Shown here: in pieces, positions 25,384-36,399 of the stretch
Layout of the letters: every line of letters starts with the position of its first letter
How positions within the stretch are numbered: position 1 is the stretch's first letter
Assembly: GCA_900088475.1 (NCBI GenBank)
Contig: FLMG01004217.1
Coordinates: 1-46,516, forward strand
DNA length: 46,516 nt
Direction: 5' to 3'
Source of the DNA: Hyphochytrium catenoides
Taxonomy: Eukaryota > Protista > Hyphochytriomycota
Position numbers and translations under genes: made by a program
The notes under the pieces: model-generated
The model's input: only the letters and a program-made list of their open reading frames with translations
Databases searched by the model: none
What the model was told of the DNA's origin: nothing

Positions 25384-25608
25384 GCGGATTCTGTCTATAT
25401 GTGTGGATCCTTATGCACTTCTTTTCTCCTCTCTCTTCCTTGAGCCCGTCTTCCGTCTTTTGCCCTTTAGAGCTTCATTTTTGTTTGCCCTCTTTGGGCA
25501 GATTGACTTCCCACCTGTCCCTTTGTGTCTGTTATGTGTTATTTATATGATGATGCCGTCCTGTTCACCTATAGAAAATGGTTAACATACATACATAATC
25601 TTATACTG

Positions 25609-28600
25609 TCATTGATCGTTACTATCAATCCTCGGTCGTATTCTTCTCCTCGCCGTCTCTTCCTTCTCTGGCTCCTCGCCGCCCTCCTTCTCTACCGGCG
25701 TCAGATTGACACTAAGGGACTTCCTATTGCTGATAACAGTATGAAGAGAAGGAGTTCCTAGTCGTGAAGCGCACTCTTCTAACGTTCTCTCTATCCTAAA
25801 AGAGCAGGCAGGGTGAGACATACAAGGCGAAACAATTAAGAGAGAAAGGAGCATGATAGGAAAGGATAGGTGACGTCTCTTTAGGAGCAGAGTTGGTTCA
25901 GCTTTAGGTCAGTTTTTCCGCGTTACCTTGTTTGGCACTTAATGCGATAAAGATGGGGCCACGTCATTCTCTGGCCTCCTCTCATAAAGTCCTTCATGTC
26001 CTCGACACTGAGTTTGGTGGGCAAGGTAGTTGCAGGATAGACAGGAAAGAGGCCAAACGAAATATGCGTAAGCAAGGCGGCAAAGTGACCGGAGAGAAGG
26101 AGGAGGATTGTTAGAGTTCTTGACAGTGTAGGACATAGGTGATCCTCCCAAGGCTCTGCTCTTCACTTTTCACATCCCCTGTTGTCCCCTCTCATCTCAC
26201 CTCGGATGGGCCAGCACCCTCCATAATAAGTCTGAGAGCCTTAATCTTGGCCACATGTTTATATCCTTGTCCTCGCCTAGGTAACTCTGCAAAGATGAAT
26301 GCTCGAGTTAACATTATAAGAGCAAAGAAAGGCGGTAGTATGTCTCCGGCCACAACGCTGAGAGGAGAGTAGCTAGGGCTTAAGACGAAGAGCTGTATCA
26401 ACTGCATTAGCTAAATCTCTCGATAGGTGGACAGGGTCGGCGAAAGTCAGGCAAAAGAAGAGACCTGCCGGACGAGAATATGCGCTTCCTGCGGCAGTAG
26501 TCCCAGTCGATAAGCTTTGTCCAACCGGTTTCGGATGTCTACAAGGAGAAGTTGCTGCACTGCTGATAGGGGAGAGATGGGCCTAAGAGACATGTGGATC
26601 CGGAGGACAAGATAATGGGTAAGTATTTGAAGGGACCAGGGCCCGACGGTATACAATCAAAGCAGACACAATCGCGAAAGCCAAACGGAACTGGGCAATA
26701 CCATTGGAACTTGGAACAGGAAAAGGCATTATTCGCCACACTAGCTTAGGTGGAAGGAAAGGATGGAGAGTATCAAGGGGAGAACGAGGCTCTGAAGAAA
26801 AGGAGATGGCTTTCAAGAAAAGGTCAAGGCTTTGAAGGAAAAGTGTACGACTGGCAGAGGTGATCCCGCTTACTTGGTCCTATCCCTAAGGAAAAGAGCA
26901 ATGTGTGGATTGGCTTGTGAAACGATGAAGTGAGACACGTGAAAGAGAGACGACAGCTCCTGCATGGGAATATCTCGAGAGAAGGTACCATCTCGGTACT
27001 TTGCGCCCGCAGATCGCAGCGGTACGATCTCTCCACTGCAGAGAACAAATATTCGTCAAATCTTGTCGAACTACCTACCGGTTTACAGCGCAAGAAGTTG
27101 ATGGTGTTCCAAAGCATATGAAGGCTAAGGAAGACACAGTGAAATGCCATGAACTATAGTTCTTTATCTTACTCTTTGGTCTTGCAGAGCAATTGCTGTG
27201 GTTTCATCACACCCGTCAGAGCGCAAGAGGCCGCCACGGCACTTCGCACGAGAACATCAGGGGTAATGAGGTGATTCAATAGCGAAGTGTCCTGAGAGCC
27301 AAATGTAAGCAAAAGAGTCCAACAGGAAGGAAAAAGGCTGTTGTCAGAGATAGATCGACCAGGAGGTCGAATAGGAAGAGGACACTTGTCTGGGCTTTGG
27401 GGACAAATGAGACGTGAGAGATGATATGAAAACAAAGGACTGATGCCAGCGAGGCCCACGCCTTACCCCTAGCTCTTTGCAGCTAACTGTGATATTGAGG
27501 ATCCGGCCGGTGCGCTCGTACGCTTCCTGGAATGTGAAATTTCCTGTTATTGGCCCTAGCACGTCCAGGAAAGCTCCTGAATCCACGATCACGCCTTCTT
27601 TGAAAAATCTAATGACACACAGAATCTAAGATATGGGCCATAGGAAAGAAACAGAAGAAAAAGCTATAGGAAGTAGCTTTCAAGCAAGGGTAAGCCAACG
27701 ACTTCTTCAGAGCACAAGAGTCTGATAGAAGGCGGCAAGATCCCGCTTTTGATCAACCTCTTTAGCATTCCAGAGAAAGGATCGAACCACCGCTGGCCAA
27801 ATCGTGTTGAGACGTCTTCCCTGATGTACTCCGTCTGAAAGGAGAGAGAAGCGCTGAGTCAGGTCTATGCGAAAACCCCGTAGCGCACAAGAGAAGCAAA
27901 GCCAAAAAGATTAGCATAGCCCGTGACAGCCATCAGCGCGTCAGCCGCTGGAGAGAGGGGTTACGGAGATATCAATGTATAGGAAGGACTTTGGGCTAGG
28001 GGAAGGCAGAAATCTCCATAGAAAAGGATCTACCAGCTCCTCATCCGTCCTGCAGCCAAGTAGTCCTGCTACTATAGCTCCTCCGCTGGTGCCGCTGATG
28101 ACCCTCGGCAGCATATTGAACCTATGTAACTCAAAGGCCAAGCCCATGTGGTACATCGCCAGCGCTCCCCCTCCACTGAGACAGAGAGCAGTTTCGCCCA
28201 CTGCGTGTTGGGCACCCGCAAGGAAGCGTTTCTTCTCCAACAAAGAGAACGAAGACGAAGGGAACTCCGTATCAGTAATGTACCGCACTTGCTCCTCCAG
28301 CTCCTCTATGAACTCTTGGATCAACTTCTTCGTTCCGACTCCTGGAAATCTGAAGTTGAAGGGCGAGCAAACATACGCATAGTTCCGATTGATGACAGAA
28401 ATGAGCATCTGGGAGAACTCTCGTACTCCTTCACCCTTGCGACGCTCCAGCTAGGAAAAGTCCGTTAGTGATGGAAAATAGCTGATGACAGCTAAGAGAG
28501 GACAAAGAACTCAAAGGATAGAAAGAGTATCTAGACTGCCATAACCCAGGACCATTCGGACCAACTATTCTAGTGAGCAGGCGCTTATCTGTTGGTCGGA

Positions 28601-30249
28601 GGATGTAGGATCTAGCAGAGACGATCCTCGGGCTAGGTAGAGTAGGGAAGCAGAGAAAAAAAGAGAGAGAGGAAGAGCGACGGCGGCAGCAGGACATAGA
28701 AACTACTTCCCAGACAAAAACACAGCTACCGTCAGAGTGGTAAGGATGTATTATGAAGCATCAAAAGATCCAGCAGCTTGTAAGAAAGCATGCTCAACAC
28801 TAGCTTAAGAAGACGACACACACATCGGCAGAGCCGCTTACTTTGGTCCTCGCTTTTCTGATGAGTTCAATCGCCCTCTCAATGGAGTCATATTGATAGA
28901 AGCGAGACGCATTCTTGTTCTTCCACGCCTCTCTTCCCTCAAACCTGTCAAGCTGCTCCCTGCAGTCCAGATACTCTTCATATGTCTGAGAACAAAGGAG
29001 CAAAGTCAGGAGGGCAGATTGCAGAAAGGACGGTCCCGAGCAGGCTGGGAATCCATTTGAAGGGAGGACGAAAAGAGAGAATCCCTTTCATCTAACCTTA
29101 GCGTCCCTAAGCCTCGCCCTAAGCTTGGATGACCTCCACAGCCAGAGTGGGGAGAGGACGCGGATATGATGGTAGTTCATCGCGATCGTATCTACAAGCG
29201 GCTCGCCAAAGACAGCCCTGAGATACGGGAAACAGATAAGGAAAGTCAGTCGGCGCTGGAGTGTGCAAAGGGTGGTGAACAGCCAGATTGAAGAGTCTTA
29301 CCTGCTGAGAATTTTGAAAGCCATGATGGGTAGCAGAGGGATCATCTCAAAGAGACAGAGGCAGGTCTTGAGCACGATGAACGAAAGGGTAAGCGGCGAT
29401 GGCACCGAGTGGTTCGATGCCGGAGCGGAAATGGCATAGCCAAAGCCTACCACGCCCACTGTCGTGGCTTGACAGAGCAGAATTAGCCTGTTAGACAAGC
29501 ATTAGTGACTGTGTAACGACGAGGATGAAGATAACAAGCTAGATAACCTGTCGTAGTTAAGGTGGAGGTTCACCCATAGCCAACTCAACAGAAAATGCGC
29601 CGCCCGCAGCGTGAGCTGCAGGGCCGAGACGAGGAGATAAATATCCGGTCGGCTGGGAAGCTGGTTGGAAGGAAAGACGAACAACAAAAGAGGCTTCAGT
29701 ATCAGTTGTACGATGAGTCCTGCTCTGCTGAGGAGTCACGAAAGCAAAGCGATACAAGGGACTAGACAAGGGCTACGCAAGCCATTCGGACAAGTCCGCA
29801 CCTCGCGCTCTAAGAGAGAAAGAGGGCTGAGCTTCTCAATGAAATGGAATGTGACCGCCACGACGTTGACCATCCAGAGACACGCAACGGAATAATAGAA
29901 CATGTGCACAGCCTCCAGCTTCGTCCGGCGTGCCAAGCCCCAGGTACCAACAGCACAGAGGAAAACCGACTCAGCTGTGAGCGGGTGGCTGGTGGCGAAC
30001 TCCGTGGCAATGTTGATGATGTTTGTGCTGAAAAGTAAGACGTACCCTGCACGGACGGAGAGTGGAGAACCCAAGCATGAGGGACTTATAGTCAGAGAAT
30101 GTGTGCCCGCGTGCCTATGCTTGCTATGGTGATGAATATCAAGGAGCTGAAGACTTACAGAAGACAAGGATGATGAGGCCGTAGCCCCAGACATGCCCAT
30201 TGTTCCCGGGGCTCTGGGTGGTAAGCAGAAGCTGCCGAACTATCAACAT
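25609..30249 (-). CDS. Patatin-like triacylglycerol lipase (SDP1/TGL3-5 type) with N-terminal multi-TM extension, multi-exon
   Basis: Spliced from ATG 30249 ([30 protein letters not shown]). Contains [28 protein letters not shown], the oxyanion motif [13 protein letters not shown], catalytic [44 protein letters not shown], catalytic [13 protein letters not shown] and GQRMTWPHL. Ends at TGA 25609-25611. Confidence 0.92.
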
Positions 30250-30879
30250 CCTGCCTCTTTGTGCCTCTTAAAGGTTCTGGCTCATAAAACTCTTTTCCCG
30301 TTCACAAGTCAAGCTTCCAGCAAGAGAGGGAGAGAAAGAGAGCTTTCCACCAGCAAATAGATTGAGGACGCTCTCGCCTGCATGTGGGACAGCCTCGACC
30401 TCTGGACTACCAAGCCTCAGACGCCGCTGTTACGAGCAGATGATGGGAGCAGCTCCACCGCCAGTTGAGCATCAGCGGCGGCGGGCGGCGGAGGGAAGGG
30501 AAGATGATGGCGCGGTTCGGGACTTTTTGATGCTAAGGAAAGCCTCACAACGGCACTTTCTTCTTCTTCCATCTTCTTCTTTCCCTGTCGGACACTACGT
30601 TTGGTTACTCTCTTTTCCTTCTCTGTCTCTCACTGTGTCTCGGTATGGGTGTATGTCTATCCCTCTTCCTCTGTCTCTTTCTCTGTCTTTATTGCACGTT
30701 CTTTCTCTCTCTCTCTGTGTGTCTCTTGCACTCTGTCTCTCTCTCTCCATGTCTCTGTCTCTCTTTATGTCTCTCTCTCTCTCTCTCTCTTGGGTCAGAT
30801 GCTCATACTCATCATCAGCTTCCCTGCTCCTGTCTGTTGGGGCTAACGAATCAGATTTAACGGCCCCCGCAATGCCCTC

Positions 30880-30925
30880 ATCCTAGACCGGCAGCGGCAG
30901 TATCATAGACCGCTGCCGGTAGGAT
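30880..30925. other. GC-rich hairpin in a divergent intergenic region
   Basis: ATCCT[AG]ACCGGCAGCGG-12 nt loop-CCGCTGCCGGTAGGAT: an 11-bp perfect stem plus 5 bp beyond a 2-nt bulge. Confidence 0.7.
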
Positions 30926-31702
30926 CAACCCGTTCCTACTCCGTATGCCATCCTCCTACAAGTCGTAAGCTGTAGCTGTACTTGATGATGCCAAAAGGGC
31001 CGTTAACGCCTATTCTGTCCGTGCGCCTGCTCTTTTGCATTCAAATGTTCCTCTACCGCCAAACCTCTTACTTTTGTTCTGCCAGCGCCGGCAGCCCGCA
31101 CGCAGCGGAGGAAGAGAGAGGAGAGTCGTCGGCAGTGGTTAGAGAGAGCCATCAAGAAGAGAAGCTACATTAGCTAGTAGGCAGGAGAACCGTAGAGAAG
31201 AGAGGTAGATGAGGCGGGCCACGAAGGAAGGTCGATGGGTCGATGCGATAGAGCGGGTCCCGAAGACCGGGTGAACTCAATACTACGGTGCTTGGTGCCT
31301 CCTGTTCCGACAGAACCGTCACATAAACACAAGTCGGGACTTGTATAGGAACCAATCCAGTAGCGAAGAGGTAGAATCAATCCCAGGAGCCTCTTCCATT
31401 CGGACTCACCTTTCCCGGTGGGTCACATGCTATCCGCCGCTTAGGAAGGGACTGTCGGTCGGTGACGTGGAGAGCATTTTTTGCCCAAGAAGGAATCTTC
31501 CTGCATCTCTTATTATAGAAAGGTACCGCGCGAACTGCTCTGCTACCCTTGGGGAGATGTCCTAGTACCCTGTATAGGCTCAGAGCTGGAGAAGCACTAC
31601 TTATACACCGTTTATTGAAGGCTCCGTTTAGTATACTGGGACCTGTTGTTGCTAGAAGAACGTCTCCTGAGGGCGAGGAAGACGGGCCAAAGGAGCTCTG
31701 AG

Positions 31703-32335
31703 ATGGACGACGCCATCCTTCTGTCATCCGCTATGCTCTGCGAGGCTACCTCTGTGTCGTCATCCCCGAAACCGAACCAAGGGGCTGGTCGAGCGAGTCC
31801 AGGCTTATCTCTGAGGTCCTTCCTACGGAGGCCAGGGGGCATCGTGTCTAATGGCAAAAAGAAGTCGAGGAAACGTAGTAGGCAACAGCAGGAATGTGCA
31901 ATTTCACCATGGAGTGCAGCGCTTGCAAAAGGAGAAGCCAAAAAGAGAGCTGGCTGTCCTCGGAAAATAGTGGACTTTTTGTGTTCGCTACCTGCCGTCA
32001 GCAAAGTCCCGATACGGGAGAATGAGGGCAGAACGACTAGCGGAGAAGACGAGGGTATCAGCGCTACAGAAGAAGACGCACAAGACAGAGAACGAGGCAT
32101 TGTTGTTTCGCCTGCCGGTGGGTGTAAAGACATTGCCGCATTGATGATCGAGCGTTTTCAAGGCAAGGATCCCTCAGGATGCGAAGAAGCCAAAGAAGCG
32201 TGGAGTTTATATCGTTCAAACCGCCTCACCGCCAGGGATGTTTCAGTCGTCTCATTACAATCCAATAGTGCGAGACGGCGCCCTGTTCACTACAAGCGTC
32301 GAAGAAGTGCAAGTGGGAAGAGAAGGAAGAAATAA
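31703..32335 (+). CDS. Hypothetical basic, low-complexity protein (possibly the 3' remnant of a longer disrupted gene)
   Basis: ORF of about 210 aa from ATG 31703 with NLS-like KKKSRKRSR and KRRRSASGKRRKK. No recognisable domain. Upstream 31210-31700 looks coding but has stops and frameshifts. Confidence 0.4.
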   Translation: MDDAILLSSAMLCEATSVSSSPKPNQGAGRASPGLSLRSFLRRPGGIVSNGKKKSRKRSRQQQECAISPWSAALAKGEAKKRAGCPRKIVDFLCSLPAVSKVPIRENEGRTTSGEDEGISATEEDAQDRERGIVVSPAGGCKDIAALMIERFQGKDPSGCEEAKEAWSLYRSNRLTARDVSVVSLQSNSARRRPVHYKRRRSASGKRRKK

Positions 32336-32501
32336 AAGATAGTACGCGGCTACCGCAAAGCTTGTAAATTCTCTCCCATGATGTTGATAAGCATGTGAGC
32401 ATTAGAGAAATGATTTTTGAAATGTTACTTCCTCTCTGACGGCCAACATAAGTGTCTGGGTATATAGAACTCTGATCTAAATGAGGTCGACTAGGCTAGT
32501 A

Positions 32502-33497
32502 CTAGGCCATCTCACAGGTGCAGGACTCAATACCCTTCGGCCTCCAGTCATATTCCATGTATCCCGCAACATCTTGTGCCAATCGAGCTCCAAACTCCCG
32601 CATAACGAAATAGAAGGAGAGATCAATGCCTGCAGATATCCCTGCGTCATAAGAGTCAATAATCTCCACCCAGAAGGTCAGAGCAGGTTGGACTTGCCAA
32701 CTTACCAGCCGATGTAAGGATCCTACCATTGTCTGTGAACCTCCGACAACGACAAAGTCGGGCGCCAGGGCACTGTGAGCTGACAAATTCAAATGCACTT
32801 CTATGCGTTGTTATGTCCAGCCCGCCAAGAAGCCCACACTTCCCTAGGAGAGCGACCCCAGTGCATACGGATAAGATGAATTCTAAAGAGGGCTCAATGC
32901 TCTTGATCCAGCCTAAGACTCTTTTGTGCAGATGATGATTAGTGACAACCCTTCGCTCAGTCATAGTAGTCGGGCAATGGCACGTTTCTCGCTTCATCAT
33001 CAACTTACAATGGGTTATTCACTTCCTTTCTGACTCCGTAGCCTCCAGGTACCAACAGTATATCTAGGTTGGGAAGTCCGACATCGCCAATGATGAAGTC
33101 CACCTGTACCTTCAATCCGTTTCTCGCAGTTATCAGATGCTTAGCACCCACAGTCACAACCTGACAACACAAGCAAGGGATAACACGTGAACTCGACTAG
33201 GTCAGAGCGATGCTTTAAGTGCTAAGAAGAGACCGGTAAGTACTGCTTTGTATTGCATGCAACCATTTAAGGGACCTCATGATCGATCGGTAGCAGTAAG
33301 CGTTAGCGAGAAGCTATATCTACCTTGAGGATTCCTCCGTGCCTGGCGCCAACAAGAGAGAAGACCTCGAAGGGTCCGCAAAAGTCAAGTACTTCAGCTT
33401 CGTCAAACAGCAGAATGCCCAGATGTCGCTGCTTCGTGTGCTTCTCGCCTTCTTGATCGATTTTATCCGAAGTGCTACCAAGGGAGGATGCGGCCAT
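32502..33497 (-). CDS. DJ-1/PfpI (ThiJ) family protein, bacterial isonitrile-hydratase-like subtype
   Basis: Exons 33497-33324, 33160-33009, 32920-32706, 32641-32502 splice in frame. Product: GILLFDEAEVLDFCGPFEVF, LDILLVPGGYG, nucleophile elbow SVCTG, ITTH, DNGRILTSAGISAGIDLS, VAGYMEYDW. Confidence 0.93.
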
Positions 33498-33739
33498 AGT
33501 CTATTGTTGGTCTACTTCTTCCTCGTCGCTTCTGTGCGAAGGCACCGAGCTCAGGTTCGCTGGCGCGAGTGTAACAGACAGTAGAGTTCCGCCGTCCGAA
33601 CCTAGGCGACTAAAAAGAACTGCGAAGACAACAGCCGCAGCAGCAGGCGACGTTTTTTTCCTCTGGTCTATAATAGACTCCGGATAGGCCAGAAGAAATT
33701 TCTCGAGCAGAAGAGGAGATTGAGAAGAGCAGAGTCCGG

Positions 33740-34200
33740 TAATTCGCAGCAGGGAGGGTAAAGCTAAACCGAGAAGATCGTAGAGGAACTCCTGCTCATC
33801 AATGGCGCCGGCAACAACAATAACTGTCTTTATTGGTCCGCCAGGTTGGTTGAATGTGGCACCAACTGGTTATTATCCCTACTGCCTGCACGATAGATAG
33901 AACCAGAAAGGCGGAGAAGTCGGCCTAAGAGGAGAACAACACGCAGCTGCCGTAGATAGGTAGTAGGGTAGTAAATAATGCACTATACCCCGCCTCACCG
34001 CAACAAGAAGCGGACAGATAGACTTAGAGCTCCTAGACAGCAGCGCCAACTCGTAAAGAGTGGAGACGGAGGTTGATGATAATGACGATGGACGCAACGC
34101 TGTTGAAAGAATTCCAGAGGCCAGTGTTTGTTGGTTCCGTGACTGTACTTTCGCTGCCTTCCCTGCTGGATCCTGATCCTTAGAAGGAAGCATCGACCTC
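33740..34200 (+). pseudogene. Degenerate ankyrin-repeat gene fragment
   Basis: Across frameshifts and stops: SREG..TEKIVEELLLINGAGNNNNCLYWSAR; EQHAAAVDR**..CTIPRLTATRSGQIDLELLDSSAN; TEVDDNDDGRNAVE. These resemble three successive ankyrin consensus units (A.xG..EIV.LLL.NGA.VD..D.DG.T.L). Confidence 0.55.
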
Positions 34201-35904
34201 CTTGTCTGTCCGTTGATTGGCGTGGCGCAGCGGCGGCTGAGGTCGTTCTCCCTTCCCCGTCATATTATTAGAGGGACACAACAGAGGTTCCCTGCTCTTC
34301 TCCATAGTGTGACCCACACCCGTACTGTCATCACAATATAAGTAGTCCTACCAACAAGTCGCTTACTTGCTGATTGGTTTGTACTTATCGCCCACCTCTG
34401 TGTAGACAGAGTTGTGTGTGGGGCCTGCTCCCTTCCCTGCTGCCCAGTCGTTCTACCTCGTAGACCAGCTGTTCTGTATGATGATGCTAAGAAATGACAG
34501 GGATAGAACTAGAAGTAGAAAGGAAACACCTGTCAGCCTGGCTTGCGCGCCTCCCTCTCTCCGACTCTGTCTCCCTCTGTTTTTCATTCTGTCGTGTTCT
34601 TCGTATAATCTGCGGGCCTGCTGGCCTTATCTTTCTTCTTGATAGACAGGCAAACTCGGCAACTTCGTAGAAGATTGGCTTGTACCAGCTTCTGCTCTGG
34701 ACATACTTCTTCGTCCGCCAGATTCAGGTCTTCTCTCGCGTCCCACCAGGCGCTGGGCTTGCTTGTGCCTCTGGCTACTTCTCTTGTCTGTTGAGGAGGG
34801 TCGATAGGAACTTTCTTACTGGTTCGGAGCCTTTTCACTTGCAACCTCCTCCTTTCCCTCCTGCCACTCATCGTCCACCCTTCACACCCTGGAGAGGGAA
34901 AGGGGTCTTCTACCATACTACTTAGCAGAAGAAGTCGGGCAACTGAACAAGCTAATAAGAAGCACCAAAGTCGTTCTTGTTCACCTATCAATGGAAGCTG
35001 GAGCTTCTATTGCAAGTACCACCCGGGTATAGTCTCCTCTCTCTACTACTTTCAGGACCTTCTTCGTTCCTTGTCCCTCTATCTGTGCATTGTCTTCTCA
35101 ACATCGACCAGTCTTCGCTTGTCGCCGACGCTCTGCGCAAAACTAACGGTAGGGTGCTTCTTTGCTTTATCACTCTACTCCTTCATTATTATTGTCTCTT
35201 ATACCTAATTGAACTCTAGAATATTGTCTCTTACACTCTTCCGCTAAGTCTTTGGCCCGCTCTATAGCTCGCCGATGCCATCTTTTTTGGCCGGTCCTGC
35301 CGCGCTCAATGAACGAAGACTAATGAGAATGTATGTCCGGAAATCGGCGGAGCAAGGCGGAGGCCAAAAACACCCATGACTGTAACCCTAGACAATTATC
35401 GTCATAGGTGGCTAGTCCTCTGCCTCCTCATCCGTCTTGTTTTTCGAGCTCTAGTGGATTTTCTTCGGCCGTTATTTGAAGGTTGGTCTTCTTCACTTTT
35501 CGTCTTCTTCTCCCATCTCAAAGACACGTACAAAATGGTCAGATCGAGTAGAGATTACTAGTGGAAGACGAACAAGCCGACGGCTTAGGCGTTTGTCTTT
35601 CCGTAACACAAGCACAGAGAGAACAGACTCTAAGGAGGGAAAGACAGAAGGGATCGATGACAGGGGTGGGGTGTGGGGGGAAAGAAAATGAGAAGGAGAA
35701 GAAGGCGAATACTTCCTGTTCGCATACCAAGAAGACAAAAGACAAGACGGAGAAAAAGAAAGGATAAATGCGGAAGGCAGCAGCAGGCCGGAACTGATCA
35801 GCCGCGTACAACGGTCTGAGGATGACTTCCAAAAGTATCATGCGATATCGCCGCCGGAAAGAAGACAATAGGTCAACAGCACACCTCGTCCGAAAGATGT
35901 TAAT

Positions 35905-36300
35905 ATGTCCTTGCTACATTATGTTGTACCTGTAGAAACAACAGAGGTGACACACCTGACCGACCTAGACGACGCTGACATTACGAAGGTGTTATGTTAC
36001 GCTGCAGCTGGCCATGGGCACTTTGGAGTCTGCTTTAGTCCGATATCACGGAACCTCCAGGGCGTGGCAAAACGGAGCGAGAACCATGTGAAGATGATCT
36101 CAGATGACTGATGAAGGAGCAGCCTCCATCGCTTCAGAGTGCCATTGGTGATCTAGGCGTGCTGTCGTGTCAATCCTACTTTTCGATACAAACGATATCA
36201 GACGCGAAAGCACTGATGGAGGCGCCAAGACTGTGGCAGAGCTTTTAGACGATAGCCATCATTCATAGTATAAACGAGGCACTTGAATCATTACGAGTAA
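35905..36300 (+). pseudogene. Degenerate RNI-like leucine-rich-repeat fragment
   Basis: QMTDEGAASIA (36101) and TDGGAKTVAELL (36212) are in the same frame, and LTDLDDADIT lies upstream. These match the RNI-type LRR consensus ITDEGA..LA..L. Interrupted by stops. Confidence 0.45.
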
Positions 36301-36399
36301 GGCATTATGATGATGAGTCCATATGAGTAATAAGGCACGAGGGGTAGCAGCGTCCTTTCCATCACCATGCTTTAGTTGCTTCCAGCCTTCGTGGGAGCC

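Noticed and set aside
27905-27925. AAGATTAGCATAGCCC resembles part of U6 snRNA
   Set aside because: Short match only, no ACAGAGA box or U6 flanks; lies in a patatin intron.
28350-28376. Apparent 27-nt GT-AG mini-intron in the patatin gene
   Set aside because: The read-through frame ([22 protein letters not shown]) is open and matches the expected family spacing between RN and GTK, so no intron is needed.
836-33497. Non-canonical or U12 introns, or introner-type repeated introns
   Set aside because: All introns I could model are GT-AG and share no sequence beyond simple repeats.
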